NCBI GenBank assembly: GCA_963663965.2
Contig: CAXXFK010000015.1
Coordinates: 96,001-160,000 of the forward strand
Direction: 5' to 3'
Source of the DNA: Sedimentisphaerales bacterium
Lineage (GTDB): Bacteria; Planctomycetota; Phycisphaerae; Sedimentisphaerales; SM23-30
DNA: 64,000 nucleotides
The translations under genes and the position numbers were made by a program. Below, in pieces: positions 41,250 to 52,700 of the stretch. Below the pieces are notes generated by a model. That model saw only the letters and a program-made list of their open reading frames with translations, was not told the origin of the DNA and ran no database searches. How positions within the stretch are numbered: position 1 is the first letter of the stretch; every line of letters begins with the position of its first letter.

Positions 41250-43670
41250 TCAACTATTGCTGGGTGGATTCTTCACGGTCATGGCATGGTGAATATTTTG
41301 CAAAAATACAATACGTTCGTCCACGGTTCCATTGGCTGGAAATTTCACAAAACGCTCGTCAAATACTTTCATCAACTCGATAATTCGAGGGTCGTGATTT
41401 TTGGTCTGTGTCAGCATGAGCTCCTGGTGATTCAAAAGCTCCACCAGAAGCTTGTGGGTCATCTCAGACCATTGTTTTTTCAGGGCCTCATCCGGATACT
41501 GGGTTAGCGGCGTGATAAAATCCGCTACCATCCGTGCCCGACGATAGAGCGAGTCAGCCTGGTCGTTGGACAGGCCGGCCAGTTTATCCAGAACAACTTT
41601 ATGGCTGGCCGCTGATTGCGATAACAGGATCAGAGTTTCCGGTCGCGCCAGTGTGATGTTTTTATCATTACCGTTGTCCAGCAGATTACTCAGAACTAAC
41701 TGTCGGTATTGATTTTTCTCTTCCTCGGACGCGGCTATTTTTATCAGACGCAAATACGAAGTCACCAGGATATCATTCGCCTGTTGCCGTTTGGCCAATT
41801 GGATCTGAAGTTTTAAAATGCCCGTTTCCAGATCCGCGGGAATCGCCTTGTTCTCTGTCTGCAGCGATTCCAGCCGGCGGACCATGCTGCCAACGAGCCT
41901 TTCTTGCAATGGTAGTAAACTGTCATCGGCAAATAACGGGGTGGACCAGTTATAAACTTCATTCAGGGACATCCCCGATAGAATTTTGGTAAGAGTATCC
42001 AGAAAATGCTTTTTGATATCGATATCCGTCTCGGCGAGATAACGATCTTTGAGCAGGCTTAAATGCGTGCTGTCACCGTATGCGTCAAACGCGGTCAGGA
42101 GTGCAAACCGGACGGTTGGATCCGGATCTTCAAAGAGCCTCGCTTCAAGCAAAATGCTTAAACAATCTTTCTTGGCCAGTTTTATCAAGGTATAGATCGC
42201 GTGCGAACGAACATCCGACCCACTGTCCTTGAGCGAACGATTGAGCAGTTCACCAAATAGTTTGGTCATCATTTCCCGGTTCTGTGGATTATCCGCCAGA
42301 ATCTCGATCGTCAAAATCAGTTCCCGTCTGGGTTCGAGCCACTGGATTTTCGCCGGGTAATACTTCGCCAGACTTTGAATCACTGTTTCCGTCTGTTGTC
42401 GGTCCAGGGCCGGCAGCAAACGGCCCATTGTCTTCACCGCGGCGGCGGAAACCAGTTTGTTCTCGCTTCGCTCCCAATAGGTCAGCGCGGGCTCGAGTGC
42501 CTGGACATATTCCATGGCGCCTAATGTGTTCAACAAGGTTGTTTGCACTTCAGGAATCTGTTCCGTCTCCAGCAGCTTCAATAATTGAACACCGTAAGGA
42601 CGCACCAACTCAATATCGAAGGTCGTCAGGGATTCCACGGCCAACTGCCTTACCCGTGATACGGGGTCGCTTAGTTCCGGCTCTATCAACTTAAGTATCT
42701 GAGCCGGACTCTTTTCTTCGATCGGTAGCGTGGATTTATTCCATTGTATAATACGCTGAATAGCCCAGAGCCGAAATGCTTCTTCAGTGTTATTGGACAG
42801 GTAAGTCGTCAACATCGCCAGACGTTCTTTGATTTTCAAAGTTTCAAACTTATCCGTCTCGCCGGCCAGATATGTTTTTCGCCACTTCTCTGCCTCTTGT
42901 TGTAACTTGATATTACTGGACTCATATTGCATGATCTGTTTTTGACGCAGTTCAAGTAACCACATCAAAAAAGTCTGTTGTTTGAGTTTCAGTAAACCCG
43001 GAAGTACATTTTCATCAAACTCCTTTATGTTCAATGGCTTACGCAAATACAACATCTCACAGATACTATCGGAAGCCATTTGACGAACGGTCGCCTGGTC
43101 ATCGGTTAGAAGTTTTGCCAACGCCTGCACAGACTCCTGTGAAGGGACCAGTTTCAATGCCGTTATCCCTGCCAAACGCGCACGCTCCGGTTCATCGCTG
43201 TTTTGAACCAGCATCGCCAGTTCGTGAACAACCCCATTACTGCATTTTAATACCGCCCGGGCCGCCCAGTTGTTAGTCTCGGTATCATCTATTCTCATTA
43301 GATCCAGTAGCGGATTGATAAATTCCTTAGGCAACAGCGGACTATCGGTAAAATCAAGATAACTTCCGGTCAATTGCGAGATACTCTGACAGAGAATTTT
43401 CTTGGTGGTATGATTATTGGAACTCTTTAATATATCGATCAGGGCCGGATAAGCCTCTGGATTCTTCAATAATGCAGCAGCATATTCCTGCCTTAAAGCC
43501 AGTTCCGTCGATTCCGACAGCATCCCCTTGACCATTAACTCCACTGGCGATGGCGATGCCGGTGCCTCTGGTGTTTGTCCCTGCACCAGTGGCGCCCAGA
43601 AAAAAAGCCCGAGCCATAATATCAGGATAAAGGCGGGCTTGGGTCTGGTTGCGAACATCGTCAACTCCAT
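41250..43670 (-). CDS. secreted HEAT-repeat protein
   Basis: Signal peptide; repeated LxD.....VR..A helical motifs. Confidence 0.8.
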   Translation of the reverse strand: MELTMFATRPKPAFILILWLGLFFWAPLVQGQTPEAPASPSPVELMVKGMLSESTELALRQEYAAALLKNPEAYPALIDILKSSNNHTTKKILCQSISQLTGSYLDFTDSPLLPKEFINPLLDLMRIDDTETNNWAARAVLKCSNGVVHELAMLVQNSDEPERARLAGITALKLVPSQESVQALAKLLTDDQATVRQMASDSICEMLYLRKPLNIKEFDENVLPGLLKLKQQTFLMWLLELRQKQIMQYESSNIKLQQEAEKWRKTYLAGETDKFETLKIKERLAMLTTYLSNNTEEAFRLWAIQRIIQWNKSTLPIEEKSPAQILKLIEPELSDPVSRVRQLAVESLTTFDIELVRPYGVQLLKLLETEQIPEVQTTLLNTLGAMEYVQALEPALTYWERSENKLVSAAAVKTMGRLLPALDRQQTETVIQSLAKYYPAKIQWLEPRRELILTIEILADNPQNREMMTKLFGELLNRSLKDSGSDVRSHAIYTLIKLAKKDCLSILLEARLFEDPDPTVRFALLTAFDAYGDSTHLSLLKDRYLAETDIDIKKHFLDTLTKILSGMSLNEVYNWSTPLFADDSLLPLQERLVGSMVRRLESLQTENKAIPADLETGILKLQIQLAKRQQANDILVTSYLRLIKIAASEEEKNQYRQLVLSNLLDNGNDKNITLARPETLILLSQSAASHKVVLDKLAGLSNDQADSLYRRARMVADFITPLTQYPDEALKKQWSEMTHKLLVELLNHQELMLTQTKNHDPRIIELMKVFDERFVKFPANGTVDERIVFLQNIHHAMTVKNPPSNS

Positions 43671-43876
43671 GCATTTTAGACAGTTTAATTGTTCATATAC
43701 TTAAAGAATACAAAACCAGGGCGGTCCTGTCAACGAAACTGATAGAAAATTCGGTCTTTCTTATTGAATTTTATTCATTTATGATCAATGATATTTGTTT
43801 TATACGATGTTTACCTGTATCGGTTCTGGCGATTACGTATCGCCAGTTATTAAACGAATAATGAACAGGATAAATT

Positions 43877-44929
43877 TTGAAAAAGAATCGTAAAAATTGG
43901 CTGTGGCTGATTGTCGCTCTGGCAGCGTTGGGGTTGCTAATCAAAAACGTTGATCCGGATAAACTCAAAGAGGCGGTCAGCCAGATGAACTGGTCTAAAG
44001 GACTCTGGGCGCTGCTCATCTATTTTGCTTCGCAAACCCTGATGGCGGTTCGCTGGCAGGCGCTGTTGCAGGTACAGGGTATCCGGGTTGGCCTCTTCCA
44101 GACCATACGCCTGGTCTGGATGGGTTTATTTTTCAATAATATGATGCCCGGCGCCGTCGGCGGTGATCTGCTCAAAGCATGGTATATTACCCACCATGGG
44201 GGTGAAAACGATAAAGTCGCCGCCATAACCACCGTTTTTGTCGACAGGATCGCGGGACTTGCCGGCATGATCGCTATCGGACTGATCGCGGAACGACTCT
44301 CGACTGAAATTTTAATGGTTCCCTTCATGGGTCACGAAATTCCGGTGCGGTATATTATCTGGACACTTATGGCCCTGTTTGTTATCGGAAGCGTGATCAT
44401 TTTAAGCAAACGCATCCGCAAATTCATCCTGCCGCCCACTGCTCTGGAAAAACTCCCCTTCGGCCATGCCATCAAAAAAGCCGACGCCGCGGTGCAACTC
44501 TATCGCTCTCACCCGATCAGTATAACGATCGCGGTCTGCTTAACCATTGTCATCCAGTGTATGGGAGTGGCGGCAACCTGGCAACTTGCCTGGGCGCTCG
44601 GTCTCACTCAGATTACCTTTATCCAGTGCCTCTCAGTGCTCCCGATTATCTGGTTAATCAGCGCGGCGGTTCCGGTGCCAGGTGGCCTGGGCGTCATGGA
44701 ATATCTGTTTATCCCGTTTTTCTGCAGGGCAATCATACCCGGTGTCGAGGCTGGCAGCGAAATGTGGGACGCGGCCGAATCACAGGCGCTGGCGCTGGCT
44801 TTCATGAACCGCCTGATGATTTGCGGTGCATCCTTGCCAGGTGGCCTGGTTCCGGTGCTGGGTGGGCACTTACCACCCCAGACCGAGATGCAAAATGAAA
44901 TGGAACAGATGGAAGCACAGGAAAACTAA
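43877..44929 (+). CDS. lysylphosphatidylglycerol-synthase TM domain (flippase-like, UPF0104) protein
   Basis: RWQALL, FFNNMMPGAVGGD, DRIAG, PGGLGVME. Confidence 0.88.
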   Translation: MKKNRKNWLWLIVALAALGLLIKNVDPDKLKEAVSQMNWSKGLWALLIYFASQTLMAVRWQALLQVQGIRVGLFQTIRLVWMGLFFNNMMPGAVGGDLLKAWYITHHGGENDKVAAITTVFVDRIAGLAGMIAIGLIAERLSTEILMVPFMGHEIPVRYIIWTLMALFVIGSVIILSKRIRKFILPPTALEKLPFGHAIKKADAAVQLYRSHPISITIAVCLTIVIQCMGVAATWQLAWALGLTQITFIQCLSVLPIIWLISAAVPVPGGLGVMEYLFIPFFCRAIIPGVEAGSEMWDAAESQALALAFMNRLMICGASLPGGLVPVLGGHLPPQTEMQNEMEQMEAQEN

Positions 44930-44932
44930 CCG

Positions 44933-45619
44933 ATGCAAGCATTAATCGTTTATCTCCTATTCCCATTGACAGGGTATCTGCTGGGCGCGATCCCGTTCGG
45001 TTTAATCATCGGCCTCAGCCGCGGCATCGATATTCGCCAACATGGCAGCGGTAACATCGGCAGTACCAACACCGTACGGATCCTCGGCAAAAAATTAGGT
45101 TATCTCTGTTTCCTACTCGATGTCCTCAAAGGACTGCTGCCCACCTCTCTGGTTGCCATCTATCTGCACACCCGTTTAGAAACCACCCCAATGACATCGG
45201 GCGATCATCTGGCGCTTTTACTGACTGGTGGCGCCTGTGTAGCCGGTCACATCTTCCCGGTCTATTTGAAATTTAAAGGCGGCAAAGGCGTCGCCACGTC
45301 TCTGGGTATGGTCCTGGGAATCTGGCCCTGGTTTACCCTCAGCGGTCTGGCCGCGTTCCTCATCTGGGTCATCGTCTGGCAAACCTGGCGCTATGTCTCG
45401 CTGGCTTCTATCGTGGCCGCGATTACCTTTCCTGTCATATTATTTTTATGGATTCTCATGCGGCCGGACTGGTCGCTGGACCAATTATGGCTCCTGCAAC
45501 TGTTTGCCGTAATCATGGCAACTCTGGTAGTCATCAAACATAAAAGCAATGTTACCAGACTGCTTAACGGCACCGAAAGCGGCGGCCGAAAAGCAAAAGA
45601 CACCCAAGTCTCTAAATAA
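44933..45619 (+). CDS. plsY: glycerol-3-phosphate acyltransferase
   Basis: YLLGAIPFG, GSGNIGSTN, GHIFP..FKGGKGVAT, HKSN..RL. Confidence 0.96.
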   Translation: MQALIVYLLFPLTGYLLGAIPFGLIIGLSRGIDIRQHGSGNIGSTNTVRILGKKLGYLCFLLDVLKGLLPTSLVAIYLHTRLETTPMTSGDHLALLLTGGACVAGHIFPVYLKFKGGKGVATSLGMVLGIWPWFTLSGLAAFLIWVIVWQTWRYVSLASIVAAITFPVILFLWILMRPDWSLDQLWLLQLFAVIMATLVVIKHKSNVTRLLNGTESGGRKAKDTQVSK

Positions 45620-45643
45620 CAAATACTAATGGAGGCAATAATC

Positions 45644-45913
45644 ATGATTGCCAGACATGCCTGCTTTTCCGGCCGGGTACAGGGAGTGGGTTTCCGTTAT
45701 ACCGCTCGCAGAATAGCATCGAACTATTCAGTCACCGGGTACGTAAAGAATCTAGCCGATGGCCGCGTAGAGATCCTGGCTGAAGGCGATAAAGAGGAAG
45801 TGGATGCTTACCTGGAAGAACTGCGAGAAGAGATGAGTGCTTATATTCGTAACGCGGCCATTGACCTATGGCCCTACAGTGGCCGTTACGGCTCCTTCCA
45901 GATCGCCTATTAA
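45644..45913 (+). CDS. acyP: acylphosphatase
   Basis: [29 protein letters not shown]. Confidence 0.95.
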   Translation: MIARHACFSGRVQGVGFRYTARRIASNYSVTGYVKNLADGRVEILAEGDKEEVDAYLEELREEMSAYIRNAAIDLWPYSGRYGSFQIAY

Positions 45914-45925
45914 GAGAGAGTAACG

Positions 45926-46768
45926 ATGCTGAGATTAATAAACAACCTGAAAACCGCCCTGTTACTGGGCTCATTAATGGGATTATTTCTGTTTGCCGGC
46001 GTTATGATCGGCGGCCAGCAAGGGCTGATCGTCGCCTTTATCCTCGGCGGCATGACCAATATTTTCGCTTACTTTTTTTCCGACAAACTTGCCCTGGCCA
46101 CCATGCGCGCCCGCCAGGTCACCGAACACGAAGCCCCCGGCCTGATCCGCCTGGTTCGCGAATTATCCCAGCGAGCCGGTCTGCCCATGCCCCGCGTCTA
46201 TATCTGCCCGCACCAGGCCCCCAACGCCTTTGCCACCGGCCGCAATCCGCGTAACGCGGCCATTGCGGTCACCGAAGGTCTGCTCAGGCTGGTCGACAAT
46301 CAAGAACTGGCCGGTGTCATCGGCCACGAACTGGCCCATGTCAAACATCGAGATATCCTCATCAGCAGTATCGCCGCCACTATCGCCGGTGCGATCAGCG
46401 CCCTGGGTTACCTGTTCTATTTCATCCCAATGGGTGGCGACAACCGTCGCGGTGGTAATCCTCTCGCCGCGTTGCTCATGATTATCCTGGCCCCCTTAGC
46501 CGCCATGCTCATTCAGGCCGCCATCAGCCGCAAGCGGGAATTCAACGCCGACAACTACGGCGCCGAACTGTGCGGCAACCCCAACTATCTGGCCAGCGCC
46601 CTCATCAAACTCCACAACTACAGTCAGCGTATCCCCATGGCCGTCCCCCTCGACAGCCAGCGAAATATGTTTATCGTCGAGCCCTTCACCAGCAAAGAAG
46701 CCCTCAGCCTGTTCGATACCCATCCAAAACTGGAAGCACGCTTACAGGCATTGAACAATATGTCATAA
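45926..46768 (+). CDS. htpX: zinc metalloprotease HtpX (M48)
   Basis: PNAFATGR, HELAH, SRKREFNAD, THP. Confidence 0.95.
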   Translation: MLRLINNLKTALLLGSLMGLFLFAGVMIGGQQGLIVAFILGGMTNIFAYFFSDKLALATMRARQVTEHEAPGLIRLVRELSQRAGLPMPRVYICPHQAPNAFATGRNPRNAAIAVTEGLLRLVDNQELAGVIGHELAHVKHRDILISSIAATIAGAISALGYLFYFIPMGGDNRRGGNPLAALLMIILAPLAAMLIQAAISRKREFNADNYGAELCGNPNYLASALIKLHNYSQRIPMAVPLDSQRNMFIVEPFTSKEALSLFDTHPKLEARLQALNNMS

Positions 46769-46773
46769 TAACG

Positions 46774-49611
46774 TTAGTGTATCTGCCAGAGAACCACATC
46801 TCCCCGGCGCGATGCGGGCACAACCTCCAGATCGACCAGTTCCCCGTTACGGATCTGCCCGCTGACTGTGGTCTTCCTGGGCGCGTGCAGTTTAAAGTCC
46901 GCGTTCCATTCCCCAGGCCAGGCCGGCATCAGGTAGATCGTATCACCCTCAGTCTGCATCAGCATCACCTGCAAGATCCGCATCAATACCCCGCCGTGGT
47001 CCTGATCCGGCACCCAGTCATAATTGGGCCCCCAGAACGCCGGAAACCGTGATTCTTTATGCCAGTTTTTCGCGCGTTTAACCAGCAACTCCCGCGCCTC
47101 ATCCGCCAGGCCAAGCGATGCCATAAACAACTCATCCTGACGCCACCCCTGGTTGCCCCGGTCCCAGCGATGCTGCAAAGCCTCAATCCCCAACTGGACC
47201 GTCGGCTTGGCAAAACTAACCAGCTTGAATGGAAATACCGCATAGAGTTCAGGATTCTCGATATTCCGCTTCATATCAAACAACTCTGCCGGCGCCAGCA
47301 TGGTTTTGCCATCCTGACTGCGCAAAGGTAAATCCGGTATCTTCGCCAGCAAAGTCTGCCAGCGTTGACGCTGCTCCGGCTTTGCCAATCCCTCCGGCAA
47401 ACGCAGCAGACTCTCCAGCACCGCCCGCAACCCGGCCACTTCCGGCATCGGATTTGTACACCGCCACCAGGTTTCCAACGCCTGCGATGGACTCATCACC
47501 AACTTGCCCTCCGGCCCGGTCGGATAGAAATGATTGAAAAACTGGGTCACCTCATCGGCCACCGGAATCACCTTATCTTTAAGAAACGCCACATCCCGGG
47601 TATGCTCAAAATAATCCAGCATCATCCAGGCCAGTTCCAATCCCCCCACCCATTCCCATTTATGCCAGCCGCTTTCCTGCAGCTTATCATCCCGCTCATC
47701 AAAAGGCGTCCAGCCGTACGACTCACTGAACACCGCTCCCCAGAAATAGATACACTCCGGATAATAAGCCCCGCCATGCCTGAAATATCGCCGGGTTCGA
47801 TAGCGGCACACCTCAAATACATCACCGGCATACATATCGAACAACGGTTTCATCATCTCAAAATCGCCCGAAGCACACATACTCAGATACGGCAGCCGGG
47901 TATTCTGCCACCAGTAGCCCGGTCCCCAGCGCCGGTAATCGGCGTCACCCGGCGCGCCGGCATGCGACACAGTAAAAATCGAACCATTAAATTTAATCGG
48001 ATACCGCCCTCGTCCCGCGCAGGCTGTCACAAATCGTTGCAGAATATAACCCCGCGTCACCGCAACCCCATCCCGTTCCACAGACCCAATCTCCTCCGCC
48101 ACCTTCTGGCCGTTATGGAACATGGCAATCCGACCAGACTGCCGGTCAATCACCGCCGCTACATGATGCCATTGCCCCGCCTCCAGCAAATCGGCCCGGC
48201 TCAGAGTCCCGGCCTGGGTAATCAATCGCAGACTATTACCCGGATACGTATCCAGCAGAAAGCCATCATCCCCCCCCGGTGTGGTTTTATCGACAATCCG
48301 CCCGCCGCCTCGCCCCATTTTTTCCGGCCGAACCCACGCCTCCAGACTCAGCTGCTCCAATTCATCCACCTCCCGGAGCGCCTCCAATTCCAATCCAATA
48401 GCCACCGCCGTCTGACAGTCCAGAACCCCCTTCTTGCTTGTCAGATTCTGACGCCGATCACCCGCCAGCGCCTTAATCTCCTCATCGGTCAATGCACCCT
48501 TAAACAGCGTCACCCGGCCGATCTGTCCGGCAAAACGCTCTCCCCCATGCTGACTCAAACCGATTCGCACCGCATGCTCACTGGGCCGCATCAGGGCCGG
48601 CGGCAACGACGTCCCACCTGATTCCACATAGATCCAGCTCCGATCCCAGAAATCCGACCACCATTGCCGATGTCGACGCCAACGCCCCTCATACGGAATC
48701 GCCTCAACTTCAGCAATAATAGCCTCCAGTTCCTTCTGCCAACCCTCCGGCTTACTGGGATGACTCGTCAGCACATAAACCGACAACTGCTGCCTCCGGG
48801 CCGGCTCCACGCGTAACGTACGATCATCCACCCTTTCGCCCGCATTGCCGCTGGTCACCATCGCCCCAAAAATCCGATCCAGCAGCGGATCTGTCATCTG
48901 ATAACCGGCCAAACCCTGTATCCCCATCGTCAATTCCGGGCCCACTGATTTCGTATTATGATGATACCAGCCGATCCGCCCTTTCTGCCCGCTCATCACC
49001 CTGTCCGGCTCAACCACCGTCGGCCCATGCACTCCCTCCGGCCGGCTGCGATCCAGCATCACATCGCTCACCTCCACGGATGGCAATAACATCGGCTCAT
49101 TCCGCCACAACTCGATCCGGGCTGTCACTTCCAAAGGCTCATTGCTCTCACAATCCACACACACCACCGGATGATTCGCGTCAACCCACACCATCAATTT
49201 AACCCGGCTCTCACCACTCCCATAATCAACCTCAACAGCCCCCGTCTTCAGATTCAATCGCTGCTGAAACGCTGTCATCGGCGGCGCCGGACTCAAACTC
49301 ACTCGCAATCGCCCCACCTTCAACAACCGCCCGTTATCACCCCAGCTATCCGTTTTTGAAATATAAAACAACAGATCGCCATTGGGTTCTGTCCACACAT
49401 TCAGCCCGATATCACCATTCCCCAACGGCATGGAATCATCCACCCCTTCTCCCGGACTGTCCCATACCACATCGTAACTGGACAACCGGTTAAATGCCCC
49501 AGCGCCCCAGACATCCGTTTCCAGCAACAAACGCCCCGGCCCGCCGATTGCCAATAGAACCACACCGGCCCAAAACCAACCCCAAACAGACTTAATCTTC
49601 ATCAATTGCAT
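46774..49611 (-). CDS. secreted DUF5703/GH95-like glycoside hydrolase with an inserted LamG-like domain
   Basis: SMPLGNGDIG, PIKFNGSIF, WWQNTR, ENPELYAVFP, PDQDHGG, LMPAWP. Confidence 0.8.
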   Translation of the reverse strand: MQLMKIKSVWGWFWAGVVLLAIGGPGRLLLETDVWGAGAFNRLSSYDVVWDSPGEGVDDSMPLGNGDIGLNVWTEPNGDLLFYISKTDSWGDNGRLLKVGRLRVSLSPAPPMTAFQQRLNLKTGAVEVDYGSGESRVKLMVWVDANHPVVCVDCESNEPLEVTARIELWRNEPMLLPSVEVSDVMLDRSRPEGVHGPTVVEPDRVMSGQKGRIGWYHHNTKSVGPELTMGIQGLAGYQMTDPLLDRIFGAMVTSGNAGERVDDRTLRVEPARRQQLSVYVLTSHPSKPEGWQKELEAIIAEVEAIPYEGRWRRHRQWWSDFWDRSWIYVESGGTSLPPALMRPSEHAVRIGLSQHGGERFAGQIGRVTLFKGALTDEEIKALAGDRRQNLTSKKGVLDCQTAVAIGLELEALREVDELEQLSLEAWVRPEKMGRGGGRIVDKTTPGGDDGFLLDTYPGNSLRLITQAGTLSRADLLEAGQWHHVAAVIDRQSGRIAMFHNGQKVAEEIGSVERDGVAVTRGYILQRFVTACAGRGRYPIKFNGSIFTVSHAGAPGDADYRRWGPGYWWQNTRLPYLSMCASGDFEMMKPLFDMYAGDVFEVCRYRTRRYFRHGGAYYPECIYFWGAVFSESYGWTPFDERDDKLQESGWHKWEWVGGLELAWMMLDYFEHTRDVAFLKDKVIPVADEVTQFFNHFYPTGPEGKLVMSPSQALETWWRCTNPMPEVAGLRAVLESLLRLPEGLAKPEQRQRWQTLLAKIPDLPLRSQDGKTMLAPAELFDMKRNIENPELYAVFPFKLVSFAKPTVQLGIEALQHRWDRGNQGWRQDELFMASLGLADEARELLVKRAKNWHKESRFPAFWGPNYDWVPDQDHGGVLMRILQVMLMQTEGDTIYLMPAWPGEWNADFKLHAPRKTTVSGQIRNGELVDLEVVPASRRGDVVLWQIH

Positions 49612-49751
49612 GGCTATTCTCCATTTACTGGTCAGGTAGTCAATTTCCGTACCCTGACTGTCATCGGCTTATTAGATTAACACCCAATAGTAACCCAACA
49701 GGCAACTTGTGGCAAACTAAAAGCGTCTGACCATTATGAGAATAACCGGCC

Positions 49752-52700
49752 TTAAAGCGACGTGTTAAGCCAGTTCGTTATCATAGCATCCACATCAGTC
49801 CACTGAAAGGCCGCCAGCCAGCTCTCGCTCAATTTCTCCCAGTCAGGCAGATTCACCCAGCCATCGATATTGATATCGCCCCGATAATAAAACGCGGCCG
49901 CCTCCTGCGATGCCTCCGACTCATTCCAGGCGGTATCCAGCGCGCGAACAATGTAGTAGTAATTTTGACCGGCCATCGTCTCGGTATCCCGATAGGAACT
50001 GTCCGTAACCTGAGCGGCAATCAGACTGGGCAAAACGCTGCCCGGAGTCTCCGTTCGATAAACGTTATACCCCGCGATATCGCCTTCCGGATTATTATCC
50101 CAGTCCAGCTCGATTGCCCCACCCGCCGGCGCCGCCGACAGATTGCCCGGCGCCCGCAAAGGTGTCCGGTCACGATACAGTACCGCAGCAGGAATCGCCT
50201 GCCTGGCAATCCCCGGTCCCGACCACTGCAATGTCAGCATCGGTTCGGCCCGCCCGCTGCGATAATACAGCCGGAAGGGATGCAACCCGGCCGCCAGCTT
50301 GATCATACCGGCCACTTCCACCCCTGTATGATTAAAATCATCATCGATCACCTGCGAATCATGAATCCTCAGATGAGCGCCCGTATCACAACTCAGATAA
50401 AAATTCCAGTCCCCATCCGCCGGGATATCGATATAACCACACACCAGCAAGCCGGCATCGGTTGGACAGGTTAAATGCTCCAGTCCGATCGCCGCGTCAC
50501 TCCCCGTGGCCACCGGTGTCATATCCCGAAACTCCGGCACCCACGGCCACAATCCCTCATAAGCCTGCCAGACAATCCCCCGCTCCACCGGCACAGTAAC
50601 CGGTGTGACCAGCGCCGAATCATACGGCCGGCTCGCCGTTGAATTGATCTGACGGATTCTCAGCACCTGATCCTTCATCTTCTGCTGCAAGCCGACAAAA
50701 TAAGAGGAGGTCCCCGCCAGGTTGGTCAACTCCCGCGGATCGTTGTTGACATCATAAATACGGAACAAATCATCATGACTCTGGATATTGTATCGCACCC
50801 CCTTATAGCCCTCCTGAAAGATCACTTGCATCTGGTTCCGCTTCAAACCGATATGCGACGCATCAAAATCACTATAACTGGGAGTCGATCCATTATTGTA
50901 ATATTCCACATACACCAGCCCGTCTTTCTGCGCACCTGCCCCCGTCAACGTCGGCCTCAGAGACACACCATCCGAGCGGCACGGTGCCGTCCACCCCGCC
51001 AGTTCCGCAAAGGTCGCCATCCAATCCTGAAACTGCGATGGCTGGTTACTGATCCGATTCCCCCCAATCGTACCCTGCCAGCGCACCAGCGTCGGCATAC
51101 GAACGCCGCCTTCCCACGTATCCCGCTTAATCCCGTCAAATGGACCATACGACTTAAACGCCGTCGGCTCATAATTCACCCCGCTCAGATAAGCCTCCGT
51201 ATGCGGCCCGTTATCCGATGAAAAGACAATCAGCGTTTTTTCATCGATATCCAGATCCTTCAGCGTCTGGATCAGATCGCCCACACAGTCATCCAGCCGC
51301 CGCACCGAGGTCGCGAACCGCACATCCTTATCCGGCCACCCCTTGCCGACATAATCCGGATGCCGCCACGAATCGATAGTGCCCGAGGCCGTATTGATCA
51401 TCGCCCCCGGCGTCCCATTCCATTGCAGTCCGCCCGTCAATCCCCGTCCGTCAGGATACGCCTGCGTCGGTAGCTGCAACGCCGCGTGCGGTGTATCGTA
51501 AGCCAGATAAATAAAGAACGGCTGATTCGGATTCGCCTGCCGATGTTCGGTTATCAGCTTCTTGGCCCGTGCGGTAAACAGATCCGCCGTATAACACTTA
51601 TCCAGCTGCCCGGATATCTCCGTATCGTTGTCCCATAGCTCCTTTTTCGACCGATGGGCCGCACTGTCACCCAGATCCCACGTATTTCCCGGATAATGCT
51701 GGTGACCATCACTATGCCGGACATAACCGAAGAAGAAATCGAATCCCCGTTTGGTGGGATAGGCCGGCCATTCGCTCGGATTACTGCCGCTGCCCTCCAG
51801 GCCATACTTACCGATCAACGAGGTATAATAGCCCGCCGATTTCAGCGTACTGGCCAGCGTAAAGTTATTCTCCAGCGCCTTATCGAACTGGTTGTCGCGC
51901 ACATTGGCATGACCCTGATGCACTCCCAGCAATAGCGAGGCCCGCGACGGCGCGCAGACCGGGGCCGGGCAATAATGCCGGTTCATAATAATGCCGCTCT
52001 GCGCCATCGTATCCAGGTGAGGAGTAAAATGTTTCTTGGTCCCCGGTATCTGGTTCTGAAACAATACCCCCAGGTCGCCATAACCCAGGTCATCACACAA
52101 AATGAAGATAATATTCGGCCGCTCTAGCTTTTCATTCGGATTTTTCGGATCCAGTTGCTTCGATACTTCCATCCCATCCGGCGTTCCATCCCCATCGGTA
52201 TCCGCCTTTTCCGGATCCGTCTTATAAATCTCAAGCTCATCTTTATCGGTCAGCAGATCATGATCGCTGTCAACCGTCGGATCGGCGTCCAGTATCGTAT
52301 CCGAAACCGTTCCCACTACAAAGAACCGCAAATCATCTTTCAACTCATTCGAAGAATTCACATCCGTCCGCTGCGCGATCAGGTTAAAGCCGCCCGGATA
52401 AGTATTCCCCGGACTCAACCGATAGACATCGATCCGCAGATCCTCACCCGCACTCGAATAGTCATCGAAGGATAACAGAAAACCGTATGCCTGGTTCTCT
52501 TTCATCAACAACGGCTCATCAAACCGGAAATGGATGAAATCACCGGCGACACAGGCAAAATTAGCGCCCACCTCTTCACCATGAATCAGAAACTGACTGA
52601 TCCCCGTCCCGTCAAACGGATCGCCATCGGCCACCCCATCGCTGTTCACCCATTGACTGCGGTCATTCCCATCCGCGCTGGGCCATTGGAAAACCCAGAT

